64,000 nucleotides of DNA, taken from the NCBI GenBank assembly GCA_965261085.1, contig OZ253442.1, forward strand, positions 3,520,001 to 3,584,000, in the 5' to 3' direction. Under the pieces are notes generated by a model. The model did not search any database. It saw only the letters and a list, made by a program, of their open reading frames with translations, and was not told the origin of the DNA. Source of the stretch: a bacterium. Lineage in GTDB: Bacteria; UBA8248. This document shows positions 57,095 through 64,000 of this stretch, piece after piece. Each line of letters begins with the position of its first letter. Within the stretch, counting starts at the first letter, position 1. The translations under genes were made by a program, and so were the position numbers.

Positions 57095-57266
57095 GTAGGG
57101 GCCGCATATATGCGTCCCTGCTCTTTCGCCTTCAAAACACGGGCCGCATATATGTGTGGCGGACATATATGTCCGACCTACGGGTCAATCCCGGCTGAGG
57201 AGGGACGGGTTTCCGTAGTGGCAGTTCCTCCTCGGGAGCGTCCCTACGAGAGCAACCTGCCCCTAC
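57095..57266. repeat. Cluster of GTAG-type REP-like palindromes
   Basis: GTAGGGGCCGCATATATGCGTCCCT (57095-57119), partial copy at 57141-57154, inverted GTAGGTCGGACATATATGTCCGCC (57158-57181, minus strand), and GTAGTGGCAG...CTGCCCCTAC (57215-57266). Confidence 0.7.
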
Positions 57267-57282
57267 CAGAAGGCGCCATCTT

Positions 57283-58407
57283 TCACAGTTTCCAGCGCAG
57301 GGCGACGTGCAGGCCGATATCGGGCGCGGCATGCCGCGAGCCGTCGTCTTCGGTAACGGCGATTTCAAGCGTTGCGCGCTCGGTGAGTTTCAACGCGCCG
57401 CCGAAACCCAGCATGACGCCCGGGTCAGCCAGCGGAGATACGCCAGAAGAGCCGTAGGGAGAGGAATGGACGTCCACCTGCACCGTAAGGGTGAGGCGCG
57501 GCAGGGGCCGCCACGTTACGCCGAAGCGCCCAAAGGCGATGAATTCACCGCCAAGTCCCGGGAGATTCCGCGGCGCCTTTGCGAGGAGCGCTCCCAAAGT
57601 AGCCGCGTAGAGCCAACGGCGCGATTCGGCGGATCCTGGCAGCGCGCCCGAGGTTTCCGCCCAGATAGAGGCCGAAAGACCGCCCGAGCCCGCCAGTAAA
57701 TCCTGATCGCCGGTCGGCAGCTTCACGCTCGCTCGAATCGCCAGCCCGTCATTCGAGAAACCCCACTGCGGCGACGCATAGCCCACTCCCAGGCTGATGT
57801 CCCCGAAGGAGGAGACATTTTCTCGGATATCGACATAGGCGCCGGCGCCGTCACGGTAGAAGAGCGCCAACCTGTCATGCGGCACTCTGTCCCTGTCATT
57901 CTGGGCCAGACCGAAAAAATCGTGCCAATTCTCAATGAACGAGTCGAACACGCCGGTGCGATGCGCAACGATGGGCGCTTCGGCGAACCACTCCCACCGA
58001 TCCCGGAATCCGCCACGCAGGGCGAGCGCGAACCTGTACGTCTCACCGTCAAGAAAGATGTTTTCTGAGCCGGAGTTCTCCCACACTAGGTAGGAAGCGA
58101 TATCCGTGGAAACAATCAGTTCCGACGAGCCCGGCTTCAGGACGTGCGCGCCGAAAGAAGCGGGCACACCGTAAAGGAGATGAAACGGGTTGAGGTTCAC
58201 GATGCGCAGCGGCTCGGCAACGCTGCCCCAGCCCGGTTTATCTCCGATTCGCTCGGAGGCGGAGGCGTCCGAGAAAAAGACGCACAAAGCGAGAACATAG
58301 AGGAGGCAGGGAATCCACCCGGAATGGACTCGGCCTGGGGAACGTTTCACATTCCGGTGGCTTGCGCCGTCTTTCAAACCCGATTCTCCTTCGTATTGCG
58401 TATCCAT
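57283..58407 (-). CDS. Putative outer-membrane beta-barrel protein (DUF3187-like)
   Basis: Signal-peptide-like segment ending ASA, DGET, FDSFIENWHDFFGL, GDISL, KLPTGD, C-terminal amphipathic beta strand (LHVALRWKL); start uncertain. Confidence 0.65.
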   Translation of the reverse strand: MDTQYEGESGLKDGASHRNVKRSPGRVHSGWIPCLLYVLALCVFFSDASASERIGDKPGWGSVAEPLRIVNLNPFHLLYGVPASFGAHVLKPGSSELIVSTDIASYLVWENSGSENIFLDGETYRFALALRGGFRDRWEWFAEAPIVAHRTGVFDSFIENWHDFFGLAQNDRDRVPHDRLALFYRDGAGAYVDIRENVSSFGDISLGVGYASPQWGFSNDGLAIRASVKLPTGDQDLLAGSGGLSASIWAETSGALPGSAESRRWLYAATLGALLAKAPRNLPGLGGEFIAFGRFGVTWRPLPRLTLTVQVDVHSSPYGSSGVSPLADPGVMLGFGGALKLTERATLEIAVTEDDGSRHAAPDIGLHVALRWKL

Positions 58408-58450
58408 TTTCAAACCGCGCCTCGGGCAACCTCAACTCCTTCCCCACATA

Positions 58451-58488
58451 ATCTGGCGGACACCATCAAGCACTTGAGACGCCAAGGC
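58451..58488 (+). repeat. Direct repeat copy 2 (degenerate duplicate of the cupin 3' end)
   Basis: ATCTGGCGGACACCATCAAGCACTTGAGACGCCAAGGC, similar to 57030-57066. Confidence 0.8.
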
Positions 58489-58497
58489 TGTTGGTAT

Positions 58498-58516
58498 AGG
58501 TCGCGACCTGCCCCTA
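58498..58516. repeat. REP-like remnant overlapping the stop codon of cupin 2
   Basis: Perfect palindrome AGGTCGCGACCT followed by GCCCCTA; shares ACCTGCCCCTA with 57255-57265. Confidence 0.55.
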
Positions 58517-58894
58517 GAACGGACCGTCCGCAGGCGGCGCATCGGGAGCGGCTTCGCCCGCGGCCACGCCTTTTAAGCTCCAGGTGGTGTCCTTGACGTA
58601 GATGGCTTCGACCTCCTCGATGATCTCCGCGGCGTGGACCTCGTTCGCCGGCACGTGGATGACGTCGCCCGGCCCCAAATCGTACTCCTCACCGCCCACC
58701 GTGAACTTCTGCCTACCCCGCATGATGTAGATGAACTGCTCGCAGGCGTGGTAATGCGGCTTCGCCTGCGTGCCCGCCTCCCAGATGCGGTGGCAGAAAT
58801 ACATCTTCTCCCCCCTGATGGTCTCCCCATGCCCTGAGGAGAGGCCGGGATTCTGGTGTACGTCCTTCAAATCCTCAAATCTGTATATGGGCAT
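58514..58894 (-). CDS. Cupin domain protein
   Basis: HYHACEQFIYI..G and GDVIHVPANEVH motifs; AGGAG RBS. Confidence 0.88.
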   Translation of the reverse strand: MPIYRFEDLKDVHQNPGLSSGHGETIRGEKMYFCHRIWEAGTQAKPHYHACEQFIYIMRGRQKFTVGGEEYDLGPGDVIHVPANEVHAAEIIEEVEAIYVKDTTWSLKGVAAGEAAPDAPPADGPF

Positions 58895-59108
58895 TTTAAT
58901 ACTCCTGCATATGAGGTCTCTCGCCGAAAATGCGAGAGGAACTCAAAAGAAAAGATGTTGAAGATGAGCCTTTCATACTCCTTTACCGTTCAACCATCCT
59001 CCCAAAATCGAGGGAGGTATTGAAGAGGGAAAATAACGCAGCCGGGGCTTTCATACTCCTTGCGTTTTCGTGCCCCCGCGCCTTCGATGACGACGCGGCG
59101 CTCCCTCA

Positions 59109-59993
59109 TCACCCCCGCACCTTGCGGATAAACTCCGCCACCGCCCGGCCGATCTCATCGGGGCAATCCTCCTGCCCGTAGTGGCGCGTCGGGATGGTTA
59201 CCTCCTCCTGGTTCGGCCACGTTCGGCAGAACGCGCGCGCGGCCCCGGCCAGCGCGTGGCCGTACTCGCAGTTGATGAACAGCTTGGGGAGATTATCGCT
59301 CGCGCGCAGATAATCACTGTATCGCTTCACGATCTCGTAGTTATCTCGAGGCTCGTCCTCGAAGGGAATCTCGCAGGCCCACTGGTGGGTCTGCCTCCTT
59401 TTCTGCGGGTCCTCGGTGGGTGCGCGGTAGGCCTCTTTTTCCGCCTCGCTCAACTCGCGCACGATGCCGCGCTTGAGGAGCATGGTCTCCACGAAGAAAT
59501 TATTTTCCATGATCATCGCGAGCCCCGACTCGCCGCGCAGCGTCTTGAACTGCGCGACTCTCTCTTCAGGCATGTCGGTCCACAGACGCGGCCGCACCAT
59601 GGACTCCATATAGGACAGACCAATCACCTGCTCGGGATGCCGGGCGAGGCGGTTGAACCCGAGCGCCGCCCCCCAGTCGTGGAGTACCAAAAACGCATTC
59701 TTCGTCGCCCCCACCGCCTCGAACCACGCATCCAGATAAGGGATGTGATCTGTATACCGGCAGCCTCCGCCGGGAATGTTGTCCGACGCCCCGCTGTTCA
59801 TGAGGTCGGGCGCCAGACATCGGCCCAGGCCTTCCAAATGGGGGATCACGTTTCGCCACAGATAAGAAGTCGCCGGATTTCCGTGCAACAACACGATCGG
59901 CGCACCCTCCCCTGCTTCGATGTAGGCCATCTCCGCGTCGAGCACTCTGACGCGCTTTCTCTCATAAGGATCATTTGGCGAAACGGGACTCAT
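59109..59993 (-). CDS. Haloalkane dehalogenase (HLD-II, LinB/DhaA-like)
   Basis: LLHGNPATSYLWRNVIPHL, APDL, LVLHDWG (nucleophile Asp plus Trp), YMES (catalytic Glu), NFFVE, PKLFIN, HYGQED.PDEIG. Confidence 0.9.
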   Translation of the reverse strand: MSPVSPNDPYERKRVRVLDAEMAYIEAGEGAPIVLLHGNPATSYLWRNVIPHLEGLGRCLAPDLMNSGASDNIPGGGCRYTDHIPYLDAWFEAVGATKNAFLVLHDWGAALGFNRLARHPEQVIGLSYMESMVRPRLWTDMPEERVAQFKTLRGESGLAMIMENNFFVETMLLKRGIVRELSEAEKEAYRAPTEDPQKRRQTHQWACEIPFEDEPRDNYEIVKRYSDYLRASDNLPKLFINCEYGHALAGAARAFCRTWPNQEEVTIPTRHYGQEDCPDEIGRAVAEFIRKVRG

Positions 59994-60046
59994 CAGAGAC
60001 TCCTGTTATACGAACATGATTTGCGAGGACGCGCATCGCGCCCGCT

Positions 60047-60418
60047 TCAGTTGGGCGCGCCCTCTTCCTCGCGGGGTTCGATGAGTTCTAGCCGCGCGTC
60101 GCCCTCCAGCATTCCCACCCTATAAAAGGTGTGCGCCAGAGACTGCGGGGATTTTAATACGCGCACCCTTTCTGAGCCACTCAAAAGGAGCCGTATGAGA
60201 TCCACCATGCGGGCGACGGCGGAACCGTCGATTAGCTCCAACTCCTCCAAATCCAGGCTCGTGAGGTCTGCACCCAAGACTTGGCCTTCCATCGCCTCCA
60301 GGACGCGGGCCGCTCCCTCTGAGTCCAGATCGCCGGATAGCGTGAAGCGGGCGCCCGGGGTGGATTTTCTGAGTTCATAGTGAGGATGCGAGAGCAGAAT
60401 TCTTTCTTGGGGATTCAC
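60047..60418 (-). CDS. STAS domain protein
   Basis: LSGDLD..A, LDLEELELIDGSAV pattern of STAS/anti-anti-sigma folds. Confidence 0.65.
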   Translation of the reverse strand: MNPQERILLSHPHYELRKSTPGARFTLSGDLDSEGAARVLEAMEGQVLGADLTSLDLEELELIDGSAVARMVDLIRLLLSGSERVRVLKSPQSLAHTFYRVGMLEGDARLELIEPREEEGAPN

Positions 60419-60430
60419 CGCGAATGGGGC

Positions 60431-61519
60431 TTAATGGGATTGGACGCCCGTGAGGGGAAAATCTATGGGCCGATTTTCTTTCGCGCTGTGCTCGATCGCC
60501 AGCGTCACTTCGAGCACCGTGCGGGCGTGTTCGGGCAGTGCGAGCGAGACGCTCCGGCCCATCGTCACGCGTTCCAGGAAAAGCCTCGTCTCATCGCGCA
60601 TCGGCCCCCAGAAATCGCCCAAAAGCCAATCGCCCGCCATCATCGACTCCAGGAACACGACGTCCGACGTCATGCCGTCCACGTAGGGCGAGGGAACGCC
60701 CTTGTTCGTCGCCATGATGGCGTTCTTGTGCGAATCATCTATCGCGATGGCCCCCTCGGTGCCCATGACTTCGAGGTCGATGGAGGTGATGTTCGCCGGC
60801 CAGTTGTCGGGCAGAATCCAGGAGCAGCCGAAGTTCACGGTGCCGCCGTCCTCGAACGTGAGAATCGCCCACGCCCAGTCCCCGCAGCCCATGGGATGGT
60901 GCGGGAACACCTTGCTGCCCCCCTGGGCGTAGACGCGCTTGGGTTTTCTGCCCTCGAAATACCACAGGCAGATATCCACCATGTAGGTGAGCGTGTCGGT
61001 GACGGGACCCGCGTGGGCGGCGCGCTTGTATATCTCCGCCCCGTTGGTCATGACGTTATACAGCGTGGCCCGCGCGGTTTGCAGATGCCCCAACCGCCCG
61101 CGCTGGATCTGTTCTTTCGCGTTCAGGAAACGGCGTCTTTGCCGCTGCGTGTAGCCGATGAAGAGTTCCGCGCTTGATTTCTCATACGCCGCGAGAATCC
61201 TGTCCGCATCATCCAGAGACAGGGATATCGGTTTTTCGCACAGCACGGGCTTCCCGAGTTCCAGCGCCCGGCAAACGGCGTCGGCGTGATCGAACTCGGG
61301 TGTCGAGACGATCACGGCGTCCACGTCGGGGTGTGCGAGCACCTCCTCGTTGTCGCCCGAGTGGAAATCGGCCTGTGTTTCTCCTGCGATGAGCGCAGCG
61401 CGTTCGGGATCTCTATCCGAGAGCGCCAGAAACTTGACTTCCGGCGAACCGGACGCAAGATGCGCGCGCAGCCTCCCCATGCGTCCCGAACCTATGATGC
61501 CCAACCCGATTTGCTTCAC
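60431..61519 (-). CDS. Gfo/Idh/MocA family oxidoreductase
   Basis: GIIGSGRMG, VDAVIVSTP..H, CEKP, GYTQR; GTG start at 61519. Confidence 0.92.
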   Translation of the reverse strand: MKQIGLGIIGSGRMGRLRAHLASGSPEVKFLALSDRDPERAALIAGETQADFHSGDNEEVLAHPDVDAVIVSTPEFDHADAVCRALELGKPVLCEKPISLSLDDADRILAAYEKSSAELFIGYTQRQRRRFLNAKEQIQRGRLGHLQTARATLYNVMTNGAEIYKRAAHAGPVTDTLTYMVDICLWYFEGRKPKRVYAQGGSKVFPHHPMGCGDWAWAILTFEDGGTVNFGCSWILPDNWPANITSIDLEVMGTEGAIAIDDSHKNAIMATNKGVPSPYVDGMTSDVVFLESMMAGDWLLGDFWGPMRDETRLFLERVTMGRSVSLALPEHARTVLEVTLAIEHSAKENRPIDFPLTGVQSH

Positions 61520-61523
61520 TTTT

Positions 61524-62615
61524 TCATCCCTTAAACGGTAGTTCGATGACCTCGCCGCCCCGGCGGACACTCTCTTCCATCGCCAGCGTGAGTTCGAGCA
61601 CCGAGCGCGCCGTTTCCGCGTCGCAAAGCGGCACCTCTTTTCCGGTCGTCACGCGCTCCAGAAACAGCCTCGTCTCATCGCGCATCGGCCCCACGAAATC
61701 GCCCACGGCCCAATCCCCAGGCATGGCGGAGCCCAGAAAGGCGACCTCCACCGAGGAGTCGGGCGCATAGGGCGAGGGGACGCGCTCGTTGCCCACCATC
61801 ATCACGTCCTTGTGGCCGTCGTCGATGCGTATCGCGCCCTCGCTCCCGAAAATGTCCATGCTGATGGTCGCCACCGAGGCGGGCCAATGCTCGGGCAGCG
61901 CCCAGTTCCCGCCCAGACACGCCGCCGCCCCGTCGTCGAAGGTGACGATCGCCCAGCCGTAATCCCCCATCTGATCGGGATGATCGTGAAACACCTCGCT
62001 GCCCGCCTGCGCGTAGACGCGCACCGGCTTTCTGGGCTGGAAGAACCACAGCGCCATATCGGCCATGTAGGTGATCTCATCCGTAAAGGGGTTGGCGTGC
62101 GGCGCGCGCAGGTAGACCTGGCGCGCCGTGGGCCGCGTGTTGTAGATCGTCATGCGCGCGGTCATCACCTCGCCCAGGCGGCCCGCGTCGATGTGCTCCT
62201 TGACGGCCAGGAATTTTCTCCTGATCCGCTGCGTATAGCCGATGTAAAGCTCCGCGTCGCCTTTGGCTTTCGCCTCCAGAATCTTGTCCGCATCTGAGAG
62301 CGTGAGCGCAATAGGCTTTTCCACCAGCACGGATTTTCCGGCTTCGAGCGCCATGCAGATGGCTTCCGTGTGTTCGCCCTCGGGCGTGGAGACGATGAGC
62401 GCATCCACCTGGGGGTGTTCGATGACTTCACGGTTGTCCGAGGTATGAAAGGCCGCCTCGTTCTGCTGGGCCACGGCTCGTGCGCGCTGGGGGTCGATGT
62501 CCGATATGGCGAAAAAATTCACCACAGGCGAGGTCGCCGCAAGATGCGCGCGAAGCGAGCCGATTTTGCCCGCGCCGATCAGACCGATGCCTACCTCTTT
62601 CTTGCGAATCACCAT
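61524..62615 (-). CDS. Gfo/Idh/MocA family oxidoreductase (paralog of the downstream gene)
   Basis: GLIGAGKIG, VDALIVSTP..H, VEKP, GYTQR. Confidence 0.92.
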   Translation of the reverse strand: MVIRKKEVGIGLIGAGKIGSLRAHLAATSPVVNFFAISDIDPQRARAVAQQNEAAFHTSDNREVIEHPQVDALIVSTPEGEHTEAICMALEAGKSVLVEKPIALTLSDADKILEAKAKGDAELYIGYTQRIRRKFLAVKEHIDAGRLGEVMTARMTIYNTRPTARQVYLRAPHANPFTDEITYMADMALWFFQPRKPVRVYAQAGSEVFHDHPDQMGDYGWAIVTFDDGAAACLGGNWALPEHWPASVATISMDIFGSEGAIRIDDGHKDVMMVGNERVPSPYAPDSSVEVAFLGSAMPGDWAVGDFVGPMRDETRLFLERVTTGKEVPLCDAETARSVLELTLAMEESVRRGGEVIELPFKG

Positions 62616-62848
62616 CTATGTATCTCCTTAAAGGTCGGCGAATCCTACAATCCCGCCTCCCACTTCGCAAGGTGCACAAGGTTCTCCCGGCGAAACCGGC
62701 GGAGAAGGCCGGAGATAGGCGTGAAAGATGGAAGACGGGAAACCGGGGGATGCTCCGGGCGCCGCCCTCCTCTGGCGAAGGCGGTGATAAAATTTTATAG
62801 TGCGTCGCCACATCACCGAAAAACCGGACCTGAATTGGAGGATATCTC

Positions 62849-63898
62849 TTGAACGCGCAAAATTCATTCGCCGCCGTTTTGCACGAACCGGGGAGGCTCG
62901 AACTCGTGGAGCGTCCCGCACCCGAACCCGGCCCCGGCGAGGTGCTCGTCGAAGTCGGCGCATGCGCGATATGCGGCAGCGATTTTCACCTGATCGACGG
63001 CCACGTGCGGCGCGCGAAATATCCCGTCGTGCCGGGCCATGAACTCATGGGCGTGGTGAGCGCGCTGGGTCCGGGCGCCGAAGGCGTGGAAGTCGGCGCG
63101 CGGGCCTGCATCGAGAACCACGTGCACTGCGGGGAGTGTTATTTCTGCAAGATGGGCCGGGTGAACCTGTGCAACAATTCGCGCTCCATCGGCATGAACG
63201 TGGACGGCGGCTACAGCCGGCACGTCGTAGCGCCCGCGAAGTCCGTGCTGCCCCTGCCGGATGAACTGGACGACGCCACGGCTTCGGTCATGCAGACGCT
63301 GGGCACGGGCTATCACGTCGTGATGAACCGCGCGCGGCTCGAGGCGGGCGAGAGCGTCGCCATCATCGGCATGGGGCCGGTGGGCTTGTGCGCGCTCGCC
63401 GCCGCGAAATACGCAGGCGCCCGCGTCATCGCCATCGACGCGGTGGCGGACAGGCTGGAAGTGGCGAGGGAGATGGGTGCTGATGAGACGATAGACGTAC
63501 GCGAGCACGATTCGGTTTCCACAGTCAAGGACTTGACCGGCGGCCACGGGGCGGACGCCGTTCTCGAAGTCGTGGGCGGCGCGCAGAACAAGACGATGGA
63601 ACAAGCCTTCGAGATGGCGCGCAAGGGCGGGCGCATCGTGGTCGTGGGCGCGTTCTCGGTGGATGCGCCCATACCGCTCGAACACCTCCAGCATTTGGAA
63701 AAAGAGATCATCGGCTCGCGCGGACACCCCGACACATTCGAGGTCTGCATCGACCTCGCCGCCCGGGGGGAGTTGAACGTAAAGCCCATGATCACACACC
63801 AGATACCCCTTTCCATGGTGCACCGGGGCATCGAGATGATGCGCGAGCGAAAAGACGGGGCCATCAAGGTGGTGCTCATTCCGAATCAGGAAAGCTGA
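62849..63898 (+). CDS. Zinc-dependent medium-chain dehydrogenase (threonine/sorbitol dehydrogenase-like)
   Basis: CAICGSD, GHE..G, structural Zn CGECYFC..NLC, GMGPVG. Confidence 0.93.
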   Translation: MNAQNSFAAVLHEPGRLELVERPAPEPGPGEVLVEVGACAICGSDFHLIDGHVRRAKYPVVPGHELMGVVSALGPGAEGVEVGARACIENHVHCGECYFCKMGRVNLCNNSRSIGMNVDGGYSRHVVAPAKSVLPLPDELDDATASVMQTLGTGYHVVMNRARLEAGESVAIIGMGPVGLCALAAAKYAGARVIAIDAVADRLEVAREMGADETIDVREHDSVSTVKDLTGGHGADAVLEVVGGAQNKTMEQAFEMARKGGRIVVVGAFSVDAPIPLEHLQHLEKEIIGSRGHPDTFEVCIDLAARGELNVKPMITHQIPLSMVHRGIEMMRERKDGAIKVVLIPNQES

Positions 63899-64000
63899 GT
63901 TGTATGCTTCCCGCCTGCCTTCTGGTCCCGATATTGTTTCCCTTATGAAAAAACCACACACACATAATTATGAAAGCATCGACGCAAGGAGAAAAAAACG

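Noticed and set aside
58892-59061. CRISPR array interpretation of the periodic repeat
   Set aside because: Repeat only 13-14 bp, spacers about 64 bp, three units, no cas genes

Overview
High-GC bacterial chromosomal window, almost entirely minus-strand and gene-dense. Positions 1-52.2 kb are core housekeeping genes: the 5' end of the dcw cluster (mraZ-rsmH-ftsL-ftsI), panB/panE, folC/folP, purH, ilvA, RNase P RNA, rnhA, tRNA-Ile2(CAU), mutS2-dnaG-rpoD, a his operon lacking hisC, murA-prmC-prfA, rpmE, rho, coaE, two DUF507-like genes, a frameshifted HTH-WYL regulator, a PHP hydrolase, tRNA-Gly(CCC), lipoate ligase and gcvT/H/P, thiolase/hbd/acyl-CoA dehydrogenase, rluD-like, lspA, ileS, trpS, a site-2 protease and a nitroreductase. 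Positions 52.2-64 kb are accessory. They begin with an AT-richer AbiF/Abi_2 HEPN gene preceded by its own sigma70 promoter and a nested-hairpin ncRNA/terminator (type III toxin-antitoxin-like architecture). A catabolic cluster follows: crotonase, two alpha/beta hydrolases, two cupins, haloalkane dehalogenase, STAS, two tandem Gfo/Idh/MocA oxidoreductases and a Zn-dehydrogenase. The most notable non-annotated structures are (i) the abiF leader RNA, (ii) an outer-membrane protein gene bracketed by a 37/38-bp direct repeat of the cupin 3' end plus GTAG-type REP palindromes, (iii) a thrice-repeated AGGAGTAT(G/T)AAA motif with hairpin spacers upstream of a cupin, (iv) a second, inverted pair of MraZ boxes, and (v) a promoter-terminator unit of about 100 nt upstream of mutS2. 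All calls come from motif recognition by eye; no database searches were run.
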